Assembly (NCBI GenBank): GCA_000934665.2
Contig: JYFJ02004147.1
Span: 1-45,996, forward strand
Reading direction: 5' to 3'
DNA length: 45,996 nt
Source: Catajapyx aquilonaris
Taxonomy: Eukaryota
In this document: piece after piece, positions 1 through 11,655 of the stretch
Numbering within the stretch: the stretch's first letter is position 1
Layout: each line of letters opens with the position of its first letter
Position numbers and translations under genes: made by a program
The notes under the pieces: model-generated
What the model was told of the DNA's origin: nothing
The model's input: the letters and a program-made list of their open reading frames with translations, nothing else
Database searches by the model: none

Positions 1-89
1 CAACAGAGTGATGGAATGTATGTTTACAGGCATGGGCTAGCTAGTTATGAACAAAAATCCCAAATCCCAGACCAAGGCTAGTTCCCCAT

Positions 90-1389
90 TAGATCAAAAA
101 CTTTCCCTTCGGTAAAAAAAAAAGAGAAGTAAGACCTCCGCGGCGGAATAAAAGTACTGAAACAAGGCAGGCGCACGTAAGACCTTCACCAATTGATTTA
201 AGCTGTGCCATAGGTCTTACTCAAGCAATTCTCAAGTACGGTATGGAACGTCTCGTAAAATGACTGCTGCAAACTACTCAGAGCAGTAGGGAGGATTTTA
301 TTTTGAAAAGAAAAAAATGGGGGAAAACTAAGCCCATTCTAACAGACTTGGACCAATCGAAAAAGACCCTCTAAAATTCACCAATTAACGTTTATATGTT
401 AAAAATTAAACATTAAGAGTTAAAATCAGCATCTAAAAGGGGTGAAGATTCTGCATGAATGTTTCATGGCAATAATTCGCACTAATCGCATAGAAATTCA
501 ATGTGCTTAATATTGAGGTTCCTAATTTCATAAAACACTAATATGGAGTGGCTCATGGAAAATTAATGGGTGGAATTTTAGTCGTACTACTATTACTATT
601 AACTATAGGTCCGTAGTTACTGCTAACTTAGCAGTACCATTGCACTACACTGGTACTACACTGGTACTACACTGGTACCGTCTGGGAGGTGTTCAACACC
701 TTTTGTCTACGGGCGGACGCAGTGCTGTCGGACATAAATGCCTAGCTTCGGGGCGGGACACTGGGCTAGGGCCTGTGGGATGCGTATGGGAGTGCTGCAG
801 TAGAGTTGGGTCCTTGAGCATTCAGGGCATTGCTTCCCCCTCCCCCCATTTTCCCTTCCATACTTGTTTTTGCTTTTCGAAATCTTAAATTTGCATAAAT
901 TTACCGAAAACTTGCATTAAATGTACATTAAAATTAAACTGTTGTGAACTATCAGCTTTTCAGATCTTATTTGGCTCAGCTTCATTTTAAAATATAAATG
1001 TAATTTCTCTAACGTAAATTCTATTAATCGTTTGATTGGAGTTCCTTTTGTGAGGACAGTAAATGTAAATTCTTGTTCTTGATTAGCCTTTGAATAATTG
1101 TGGATGATGAGATACATTGGCGCGGGGCCTTTATGGTCGGGTCGCCGTAACTCTGACACTGGTACTGCTAAGTTAGAAGTAACTAGTAGTACGACAGAAA
1201 TTCCACAAATTTGTTTTCAGAAAGGAGATTTCATGAGTTGTAAATTGGTAATTGCTTGAGTAAGACCTATGGTACAGCTTAAATCAATTGGTGAAGGTCT
1301 TACGTGCGCCTGCCTTGTTTCAGTACTTTTATTCCGCCGCGGAGGTCTTACTTCTCTTTTTTATTACCGAAGGGAAAGTTTTTGATCTA
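90..1389. mobile_element. Non-autonomous DNA transposon (~1.3 kb) with ~140-bp near-perfect terminal inverted repeats
   Basis: 90-230 (TAGATCAAAAACTTTCCCTTCGG...TCAAGCAATT) is the reverse complement of 1250-1389, apart from one substitution and a small poly-A difference. A second, more diverged inverted pair lies inside (~572-640 vs ~1158-1204). The flanks read as a TA TSD (element 92-1387) or an ATT TSD (element 91-1388). No transposase ORF is present. Confidence 0.9.
644..678 (+). repeat. Tandem repeat (ACTACACTGGT) x3 inside the TIR element
   Basis: Three exact 11-bp units at 644-654, 655-665 and 666-676. Confidence 0.9.
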
Positions 1390-1630
1390 TTAAATATGGT
1401 TCGGTTTATCAGCTGCTTTGACTTATCCTCAGGGAGCGGGGGACCAATATTATCGTGGATAACCGCGGGCCGACTGTATTATATGAATTATTAGTTCAGG
1501 CTTCGTTAGCTTATGCTGTAGGCTACACTTTGCGTTAACAGGAAAATGTATAAATTTGTCAACATTATGTTAGGTATTTCAATTAATTGGAATTAAAACA
1601 AAAGTTCCATATTAATAATGCAACAAACTA

Positions 1631-1740
1631 CAGGGTGATCGAGAAAGAATGCGCGGATTTTGAAACCTTATAAGTTATAACTCGAAAACTTGTAGACATA
1701 TATTAATGATTTAAGTTTTGAAATGCTTCTAGATGAAAAT
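1631..1740 (+). mobile_element. Orphan Tc1/mariner-type terminus (TA|CAGGGTGATC...)
   Basis: TA followed by CAGGGTG, the same terminal heptamer as the intact MITE at 23681, then AT-rich sequence. No partner end was found and the right boundary is approximate. Confidence 0.4.
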
Positions 1741-2849
1741 ATTCATCATATTGAAATGATTTTAGGCATATATTCCTTTTTTGTACTAATCCTGCCAGTA
1801 GTTTGACTGTAAAATAATAATAAATTTTGCAGACTTTCTATACGCTTAATGTACTTTCTGGAGGGTCTCTACTCCAGCTGACGTGACAGGTGGTACGACT
1901 TAATCCCTTCCATGCTTCAGGCTGGACCCTTGTGAACAGACCTTTATGGACGTTTAGGCTCGGTTGCACCATCGTTGTATTCAATGCCAAGGGCAAACTC
2001 TGGTTTGAGGTTATAAACTGCAATGGTGAAACCGAACCTAAATGTTCATAACGCAACCTTACATAAAATAAGTTGACCTACTAATACTTGGATACGGTAC
2101 CGCGAGAAAGCTTGTTACTCAATAGGGGAGATGATGGACACATAATATTTGACTATTTTATTACCTTCACAATTTACTACAAGGGAATACAATCCCTATA
2201 CTGGACGTCAGTTAGAAAATCCACCTTGCCAAGATAAGTTAAATATTAAATGATATAAAGTAGTTATTAAAATTAAGATATCATTAGGATGAAAATATCA
2301 TATTTGTAAGAACAATATTTCCAGCCTTAGAGCGTGGTCCTGACGGCTCATTTACTGTATCCTAGCAGGAATGGTGTTGGGTTGATTGTTGATAACAATT
2401 AGTCGCGTGATACCCTTTGGTAACTTGTTGTTGTTGTTTGTCTCATGCATTCTGTCCCAAGGGGCCTTTACGCCTCCGTGACCGCAGAAGACGCTTCGTT
2501 ACTTGTTCTGGTTCTAACTTTCACACCTTTCCGGTTAAAATATAAAGATTTTTTTCTGCGTAAAGACTAAAGAGTGATCCTGTGTGTACAAAGCTGAACC
2601 ATCAAGAATGTGAACTTGAAGCTGTTTTTGTTTTTGTTAGTAGCCTACCATGGTAACTTGGTTCCAAATCGTGTCCCTATTTTAGTTTGGAACCCATATG
2701 CAAAGTGACAGTTTATTTTCCTGAGAGCCTGAGCACCAACTCGATATTACTGTATCATACTTTACATTATTGACAGTATTTAATATTAGTGTTACGCCTG
2801 CCGCCCTTAGCTGTTCAGTTGGGTGGAATACAGCATCATATTAAATTGA

Positions 2850-3400
2850 AGCATTATGCTGGTGGAAGAACGAGTATGTTGTTGACAACTTCTGCATTTT
2901 TGATAGTGGCAGTTTTAAAAGATCTGTTGAGGCATACGTAAGGCCTTGCGTTAAGCATCAACAGCACAACAGCATGTCAGTATTGATCAATTTTCCATCA
3001 TGACAAATACGTACAGTGGACTGTGGGCCCTGATTGAATTATTTTAAAATATTCATTTAGATCAGTCTGGTGGTCTGGTCCCGCCAGTCCTGAAGGATTT
3101 ATTTCCCACAAGCAGAACACATTTAATATGCCGAACCGCCTTTGAATACAGTGCACGCTCATATTAAAGATAACAAACAGGGTTTGCACGACGCGACGTC
3201 TGGTGTGACCGTGGTTTGTTCCCTTGTGCAGGGATGATGTTAGCTGATTCTCTCCCGGAAGTCACGCTTTCTGGCGAAGGTCTTCCGGATTGCTTGCCAG
3301 TAAGGATAATCAAGAATAAATTTTCGGATGGACAGAGTCCGAATATTCGGATTGACAGTGAGCCAAAGAATATTTGCAGTCTAATTATTTTGATTGACAT
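2850..3400 (-). pseudogene. Possible highly decayed P-element/THAP9-type transposase fragment
   Basis: Manual minus-strand translation across frameshifts gives, in order, 'NIRTLSIRKFILDYPYWQAIRK', 'VVQTLFVIFN', 'DHQTDLNEYFKIIQSGPTV' and 'GLTYASTDLLK'. These loosely resemble the collinear P-transposase blocks (KNIRN..W..I; D.LFD.FNS; QD.LE.FF..IR...PT; GGL.YPS). Resemblance judged by eye only. Confidence 0.3.
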
Positions 3401-3437
3401 TCACTTTGGGCTAGTTCGAGGATTGTGGAAGTCTGTA

Positions 3438-3716
3438 ATAATATATTACCCCGTTATCAGTCTTTTTCGGCTCTTTAGGGGGGATTTTTGTTTTGTCTGG
3501 AGCTCTTGCGTACACTTTTACTTTGCTTTTTGGGATAGGATGGGGAAGGAAGGAGGCAGCTGTGGCCTATTAATTTAGGAAACAACTCCGGAATTCTCCT
3601 GGAGGGACCGTGGGAAACCACAGAAAACCACGGTTAGAGTTGCCGGCCCCGGGGCTCGAACCCAGGACCTCCCGATTAGCAGTCGGCCTGTAGCCACTCC
3701 ACCAAACTGCTTCGGT
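3438..3716 (-). mobile_element. tRNA-derived SINE, family A (full length)
   Basis: Minus strand has A box TGGTGGAGTGG, B box GGTTCGAGCCC and a body GGTTTTCTGTGGTTTCCC..CCCTCCAGG that resembles SINEs of polyneopteran insects. Exact 12-bp TSD TGGAAGTCTGTA at 3426-3437 and 3717-3728. Confidence 0.9.
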
Positions 3717-6700
3717 TGGAAGTCTGTAGATTTGCACTTGAAAAACTAATAATAATTTTGTTGGATGTATTCTGTAACTTCTTCAGAGCTACACCTTTTC
3801 CAGATAGAGGGTTCTGAGGATAATCAGTTACAGTGCTGTAATCAGTAATGCAGTATATCACCTTATAAAATGATGTACTGACGGGATGTTTAATTCACCG
3901 CGGCATACAAAAGGTATTTGTTTTAACTATAATTACAGTTACGGTTGGCCATACGTAGTCCGATTTGGGGAACTCATTTTGCTTTCAGTCGATTAAGCAG
4001 AGTGATTAGCAAGATATTTCGGGTCTGGGTAAACAACATTTCCTAATGAGTAGGTCTCCAGCAATGACTTTGATTTTTCTAAACTTGGGTAATTTGGCAT
4101 TAGATTTGCCAAGCAAGTTATCTGGCTATGACAGCTCCAGTTTAGCAAGTGTTGAACTTGAACAGCCGCTTCCACAAGTGTATTTTCATTTGAGCACTAT
4201 TTCAAAAAGCGGATTAAATAGTCTGACTCCAAAATAAACCTAAGAGTCAAGGGTCAAATTTCCCGTGACCACTCACGTGTAATGGATTTGACCGCCTTAC
4301 CTGAAAATGGATAATCTCTCTCGGCGCACCTCTCGCCTCAGCTATTTCCTCCGAATTGAATAGAGAAAAGGTTTTGAGCGATATCCGCTTCACACATGCT
4401 GGAACCTCCCAAATGTGGACCAGATTAATTGCATTTGTAGATTTGCCCTAACCTATGATGATGGCGATAAATACAAGGTAATAATATATTTTTACACTCA
4501 TGTTTGTGTACTTCGTTCACATTTGTGGTACGGTACTCCTATGCGCACCTTGCTCCACTTGATAAGATAAATAATACAGTATGCAGCGTAGTAGCCTACA
4601 CAACGTTTATTTTGGTTTCATACTCATCTACTGCACATCTAAGCAGTGTTGATGAAGATGTGTGAAATTCATGTGAGGTGACGTATATGTCGACGTGGCA
4701 TGATGAGATTGAAGCTTTCTTTTTGTACCATATTGCTCTACCTCCACCGAGCTAGATTCACACGATTTCTAGCTCGACTCTGTGATGCCTTTTCGAGTAC
4801 AAGCCCTGTGGCCTAGCGGATGACTAAATGGTGTTGAAACATTACGGAAGAGCCTGACATCAATCAGCAGTAGGTGTAGCGGCGCCAGAAGAGTCCTGAG
4901 GCCTAACTTCTGAGTTAGATCTAGATTCAGGCAGCCGCAGTCCTATTTCTGCGCTCTGATGCCTTCTCTTCTCTTCGTCTAACATTTGCTCAGCGCTTTT
5001 AAGTCCACTGTAATTGGCTTGGATTTAACTTTGTTGCCGACTACTTTCACTGAAACAATTCTTATTGGCCAAGTCGGCAGAGATAAAGACTCTGATCCTT
5101 TTAAGTGTTTTAAAACGTCGTTACATTGCGAATAGTAGTAGCTGGAGGAGTTGGAAGGTTTTCACATGTGAGGTATAGGCAGGCATGTGTATAGTAAGCG
5201 GCTATCATTAGAAATGTGAATGATTTTGTAAGCTGCCTAGTCTCGACTGCGTTGCAGATAAGAGCCCCCCCGCATAGCAGATGTTATATTGTAGCCATTT
5301 CCGTTTTACAGATCCCCCTATCATGCTTGATTATAGGCCTTTGCCGCGATTTCCCCTTTCAAGAATGCTCCAGACCGTAATCTCGCGGGCAGTAAAATAT
5401 TTCCATATTATTGCAATGTCTTCATATGAAAACGGAGAAAGGATTGCACCTGAGGGCGTTCAATCTCCTCTGCAGTTGCCTCGTAACCGATATTTTATTG
5501 GCATTTCATTATTATTCGACGATATGAAAAGGCCCTCTTAACTCCAGATTCCCTGATGTTGGCTACCAACCAAGCAGTTTCCAATAGACGGTAGTGAAAG
5601 CAGATCCCTCCCACCCTCCCACCCATCTAGCCCTCCCCAAACCTAGCGATGTGACTGGAGTGACTGATGACAACTAACTCGCAGTGTCTCTCATGCGATA
5701 TAGCCAGCTCATTTGGTTGGCTGGTTGGCACCGTCGGAAAATTCGTCGCATCGGGCGAAGCGGCAACCTCGTCCCAAAAGTGTCAAGGTCGCGATGAGTC
5801 ACAGTCGAGCAAAAGTTGGCGACACAACGTAGCGTAAATGTGAACACAGCGCAATCAACCGCGTGGCTCGGGGAGCTACAAAAATTACAGGGTGGGTGGG
5901 CGAATGTGCAACCATTTCCGTGTGCATCCACCTTACATAATAAACGTGCCACAAGTCATATTGGTGCTGGCAGTTTACTGACTGCTGAATCATGTAACGG
6001 TACAATCGCATTTGGGTTGTCACTCACACGCTCGCGTACCATACGCGTTTTCTTCTGGAACGACGAATGGCGGGTCGTGTTACAGCTGATGCAACGATTT
6101 GCAACGGGGAATGCACACATACCTGACATAAACAAGCGGGCCGTAACTCCGCTTGTTGCCGGATTTGGATGCTGTCGGTGCGGAAATTCATTGGGGAACC
6201 ATAAGGAAGATGCACTGTCGGCTGCCAAGGGAGTGCTATTACTTCTTATGCTATTTGCATCAGAGATTGCATGTTTTGGGCGAGTTCGGGTGGTTGGAAA
6301 ACTAGCCCATTCTTTCAACTCTTGGTGTGAGCACACTTTCAAGTTATTTGGAATGCGCCTGTGTGGATAAGCAGCAGCTTTGTTTTTCTCGAAGAGGAAT
6401 TTTGGAATAACTGTTACGAGGGTGTAAGTGTCGAGAATAATATTGTGGAAATTGGTAGAAGGTGAGGTAGCCTACAGCACTGTTAGGGGCATTTTGAAAA
6501 GTTGTATAAACCTTGCATGGATTTTGAATTTGAAAGTTGCTGTAGTATAATAAGGTAAAGCCGCGTTTTGCGAAAACCTGCCTATTGATGACAAAGTAGG
6601 CTACTAAGTGTTTATTAATTATTGTCAAAAAATAACCAACACTGAATGAAAAGACCATCCCGACCAGATACCGAGTTGGTGCTCCCTAATGAGAACCACA

Positions 6701-7934
6701 CCTTTCCTGAAACAGATGCAAGCAAAAATATTGCGGAAAAGCCTGATATAAATTATGCAGGTCTAAAGCATGTTAGTGTCGCTGTGTTAAAAATACCAGT
6801 TGAAAGACCCCTAACAGTAAGAACTTTACCACAGCAGAACCGCTGTAGGAGAATCCCAACAACGTAATGCATAGAAACAGGGGGAGGTGTACGAGTATAG
6901 GTGCTTCTATTTATCAGGAATACAATAATAGTACTGGTTCCAGGTAATAAAATAAGCGGATGTGACCTTTCTGGACAAAAAACTGTTCCGGAATTACCCT
7001 GAGAGTACACTCGGGGTTGAATCAGTAACTTTCCCAATGAGGATCAAAAGTTTCCCATTGACAACTCAAAATCTTCGTAACTACTTGTATACAGGTACTG
7101 TACTGTGCCGGAGAAAACAATAAATGAATGGATTTTTAGTTCGAAAATGATTCCATATACCAAAGACATTCCATCTGATTTTCTTTTCAATATGTTATCA
7201 CTTATGAGTTATGAACTAAGTCGCTTGTGTAAGCTCTCCCTGTACTGTATAATATTGTCTATGCAACTCCAACCAAAATATTATTTTCGACACTTTCACA
7301 CCCATCGTCCTTTCCGGCAACATCCACAACAATTATTTTCCACATGACTGTCTTGCCAACCTGTACTGAACAACAATCATGTGCACTCTATTGGTCTTGC
7401 AGATTGACTCTCCTCCCTCTTTAACACTTGCTAGAGACTACCCTAGTGTGAAACGACAAAGGCCTCTAAATACATGGAGCATAAAATGCCCACAAAAAGC
7501 AAAGGCAATTCACCTAACAACAATGAATTGTTTGGCTCGGCATTTTTGTGGCATGTCCACACTCCTGCACGCAGTTTCTGACAGACTTGACGCGGTTCAG
7601 GAATGTGCACGATCAGCTAGAACACGGGTGGAAATAGGGTCCTGGCTGGGAAAATGATCGATATCCAAGCACATCCGAACCGGACCCCTCCATGTTAAGT
7701 GGGAATGAAATCGGTGGCAAGCGAGAAGTAGGGCCTGCCCCACTAGTTCGGTATACACTTGTCAGTCGTTCTTAATCGGTTCAGAGTCCGCTCCAACTTT
7801 GCCAATTACATCTACCTGTTGTTATCAGCTCCCAGCGGTTCTTTTCTGTCCCAAACCTTTGCTAATATTTTTTATTAGCTATGAATATTTGGGAGGAAGG
7901 CACAACACAGCATGTAGTTGAAATTAACATTTAC

Positions 7935-8420
7935 ACTACCTTTACATTCAGCCAGATTTTGGCTGAATTACCGCATTTATGCTGTTTCCACACTGGTAAT
8001 AACCCTTCTGTGACAAGTAAAACCGTGGCACTCCCTAGGTAGGTCTGAGTCAAGTTGCCCAAGGTTCTGTTAGGTAGTAAAGTTGGGCAGGAGTAGGCCA
8101 AACAGAAGGCATTTCTGTCGGCACACCCCTGCTGGTGCTGCAGTCGGGACATGTTGATACCCCTCCGAGATCCAATTTATGGCTCTATTAGTTCTCGTCA
8201 GTGGCAGTTGGGTTAGAGGAAGCAGCGACACCTTATTGAAACGCACGTGGTGTTGCTTTGGGGGTATAAGGGGGTATAAGGAAGGAGGGTATTGGGNGGT
8301 TGCAGTGACGAATGCAATTGTGGGGACCAAATATTTTCTGAGCATGTCCTTTCACTGGCGATGATTGCGCTGGGCTTTTGCAGCGAGTCGTGGAAACCAA
8401 CAATGCCTTTGGGCATAGCA
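7935..8420 (-). pseudogene. Decayed 3' end of a non-LTR retrotransposon ORF2 (I/R1-group-like CCHC region)
   Basis: Minus-strand pieces 'LHSSLQ.PNTLLPYTPLYPQSNTTCVSIRCRC', 'STCPDC' and 'LAYSCPTLLPNR' follow the order of the post-RT RLR / CX2C..H..CP zinc-knuckle region. Several frameshifts. Confidence 0.35.
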
Positions 8421-10059
8421 GATATATGGGGGGGAGGTACTGAACGGGATCAAGTCGTATCGGAGGTTATATTTATTAATATAGTTGCTCTTTACAGGCG
8501 ATAGTTCGGGAGCACTGTGCCAAATAACTCGGGTAGTCGTATGTGAAATACGGGACGTTTTGGAATGTGATTAGAAAATGTTCCCGAATTAATTTCAGCA
8601 CCGGGTTGGGGTTTTCCAAAATGCAAACTTCCACTATTTCCAAACGTGCAGTTGGCGTTGAACTTTTTGACAGAAATTACAACTGGCGGAGCCAGTCAAA
8701 TGACCGCTCGTTGTAAATTGGATAGTATAAATGCAGTGAGGGTTGTGGCGTATCAAATCGAACCGTTCGTGTGACGTGTAATACCTGCATCGCGTTCCAC
8801 TTCCGGAATTTTATTTTTGATATGCCAATAAACACTTTTACGACTAGCCCGACACGTGGGTTGCTTATGTGACAGGCTGCAGAGCTGATCTCTGTTTAAT
8901 GGGGTTTAGATATGGGTTCTGCGTATTTTCCCATCAGTACGGCATGACATGCGGTTGCGTCCCACACCTGCTAGCTAGTTAACGACACGGATTTTACTAC
9001 CTGACAAAAAAGCAACGCATTACATATGGCTATCAATAATCAGTTTTTAAAAAGTAATTGCTCCCCCCCCCCCTGATACAACTCTTCAAGTGTTTCATTT
9101 TCTACGAAAGTAAAACAATGAAGNCCCCCTCCCTTCTGCATACAGATGGCAGCTTGCTACTCCCTTCCCGCGCCCCCGTCCTCCTCCACTCTCCACGAAC
9201 TCTGCGGCTTTAATCGTTTTACGCACATTCAACGCATGGCTGCCGTTGCTTCTCAATGTAACTTTAATTGCTGGGAACCGGGCCGGGGAATGCTGCCGGA
9301 GCTTTCTCTCGGTGTGTAAATGAAGCCGCGGCCGCAATGCAATTTGCATAACGTCATCTGGGCGCTGCTTTACGAGTCGCCCTCCTCATCAGGCCCGAGA
9401 GGAGACAGCGGGAGACAAATTGATGGAAGCGGGCTTCCCCCTGAGCTCAATCCCCCCTCTGCCTCTCCCCTACTACCCACACCCTGACTCTCTGTAGTGG
9501 TCCTCCCCCCCCCCTTCACCTCCCCCTCCCCCCTGCCGCCGCTTACTTTTAAGGCTTTCATTACCGCCGCTTTAAACTTTACAAGCCAAGGATTTCGACG
9601 GGCTTAATTCCCACGAAATCAAATAAACGCGCTCTCTGTATTTTTTTCCTCTCCCTCCGGGTGCTTTTGCACTCCCTCCCTTTCCTCCTCTCCCCACTTC
9701 GCCTCCCTTTCCCAATTGCCTACGTGCAATGTTTACGTTTCAAGCACTCTCGAGAATGTGCAAGGACCTTTGCACTGAACTCCCCCTTTTCCCGCCCACC
9801 TCTATCGCATCCCTCACCCACCCACCTTCCTCCGTTTCTCATTGGTGGAACACGTATGTGACCATATTTGTAGACGGATTTTAGTGACATGGTCAATAGG
9901 AACTGGCCATTTGAGGGTGGCTGCAAAGGGCATTGGGCACCCGGGAGGGATGTTGGTATTGCTTTCATTTTGTGGACTTGACACCCCCCCCCCCCAGTGC
10001 AGTGCTCCGAAGTTTGTCAGTCATGTGAAGCAGTGGCATGATGTTTTGTAACGACTTGT

Positions 10060-10550
10060 TGAAACTCTGGTAAATTCGATGTCCAGTACGTTTACAAATG
10101 CTGGCACTTTATTTCTCGTTAGGTGCTTCATGTCCAGTTGACATAATATCTGATGTGGCTTTATAAGCTTTTGTTTATCAAGTAGTCGTAGTCGTTCCAT
10201 ATGACTCATTATCCAAAATAATAAGTGCGAAATTCTAAGGGTCCTGCACTATTCTACAACAATAATGTTATGTCACCATATTGACACAACTGTTCGCTTA
10301 AAAGATCTACATCAGCACTAAAAGCTATATATATTAGGTTTTGTAAGATACAATCTGGATATGCCTTAAGAATTGCGCACTCTTTAATCTTAAGGTCATT
10401 CTTTTCATATAGATATAGGGCCAAGTATGATTGTGGGACCCCATATGTTGCTAAGCATCCCAAGAATTCATTAACTTCCTGAAAACAGAAATCCCAATTT
10501 CTAGAGTCGTCCTCCCTGTTAATCTTAAAACATGCATGGAGGGTAACCAC
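10060..10550 (-). pseudogene. Decayed, internally deleted RTE-like LINE reverse transcriptase fragment
   Basis: ORF 10254-10550(-) contains 'ACFKINRED...CLATYGVPQSYLALYLYEK' (cf. AFD.I.R..LW..L..FGIP.K...LY) and 'IAFSADVDLLSE' (cf. LAYADDVDLLSE). The downstream 'SHMERL' resembles the C-terminal GH..RM motif. Confidence 0.55.
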
Positions 10551-11379
10551 TTATTCTTGCTTCCCGATTGCTTCCTTATCTCCCAGATGCTGGTGGCTAA
10601 AAAAAAGGAATCAATAATATCGACTTGGTTGATCGTGTGAGACAGGAAATGTTCTTTTCCGATTTTCCCGTGGCTATTGTGGGATTTGAAATGAGTTTAA
10701 AACGAGTCTGGTGCGAGCATTTGGAGGCGTGTAATGCCCTCTATAATAACATTCTCCTCTTCAATATACCGCTTTATAAAAAAACGAGTCCTTAGAAGGC
10801 TTAAAGAAAGAACATCTAAAGCCCTCTGAGAGTTGATCCTCCTATGCGCAATACGTGTCGACACTAATTTATTTTTGCGCTCTCATTACGGTAAGAAAGT
10901 TGACTCTCACATCTAACCTAAAGGTGTTCTCCCTACCCGCTATGCCCATGCATAATGTTGCTACTTTCCAAATCGCACCTCTATATCTACCCTGTTTTAT
11001 TAAGATGCACGTTTCTGCTCGACGAACGGCTCTCAGCCTATATTAGCCCATTACTCGAGTGCGTCAGAAATTCCATTCATAATTAAATAGGTAAAGCTTA
11101 ACAAGATAGGATAGAGCGCGTGAGTAGGAGGCTTGCAGTTTAACTGTTTCAAGCCTACCTCCCTACGCTCCTGTGTATGGTTTTGGCAGGCCGAAATGAG
11201 GACTCTTCCACACTGTAAAGAACTGGGGCCAGGTTTCTCCTTGCGGTGATTTCGAGCTCAAAGGGCACAAATTTGTGCTGCCTCAAAGCCCGCATCACAC
11301 CTTCTGTGCAACAACTGGCTTATCTCAAATTGGACTAACTTCCAACTTGGCATTTCTTGCTAGGTTCATGTTCACTGGG

Positions 11380-11655
11380 CTGTATACTCTAGTGCGGGTA
11401 CACCACAACTTACCGGACAACTTGGGTGGGTTGGTCAAGGTCGCGTGTTCTGTATTTTCCATAATTAATCAATCAGTGGCATTGCGACATGCTGTTTAAA
11501 ACCACGCCTCTCCATCACCGGTTCTGGGGCGATGAAAATGGTATGCTGCACGCAACAACAGCTAAACCGTAGGTCGGCCTGGATCACTAAATTTTGGTCA
11601 TGAAATCGGGCCTCGCTGTTAATTGTCACGTGTCTCGTAAATAGAGTTAGGGATC
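11380..11655 (-). pseudogene. Possible decayed R1-like LINE ORF2 C-terminus
   Basis: Minus-strand 'LTLFTRHVTINS...CCCVQHTIFIAP...ERR' loosely matches TQ.LTGHG.F...C..C...EHT.F.CP...ER. Confidence 0.25.

Noticed and set aside
4860..5025. Coding-looking minus-strand peptide (AEQMLDEEKRRHQSAE...)
   Set aside because: Short, bounded by stops, with no splice support or recognised family.
5816..6370. 184-aa ORF with an overlapping antisense 128-aa ORF
   Set aside because: TTG start, no recognisable domain in any frame and no clear splice sites; probably chance or an unidentifiable TE relic.
8297..9124. Two isolated N bases
   Set aside because: Assembly ambiguity, not biology.
9370..9400. CTGATGA on the minus strand (also ~42815-42842) as a hammerhead ribozyme core
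   Set aside because: No correctly placed GAAA with convincing stems I-III.
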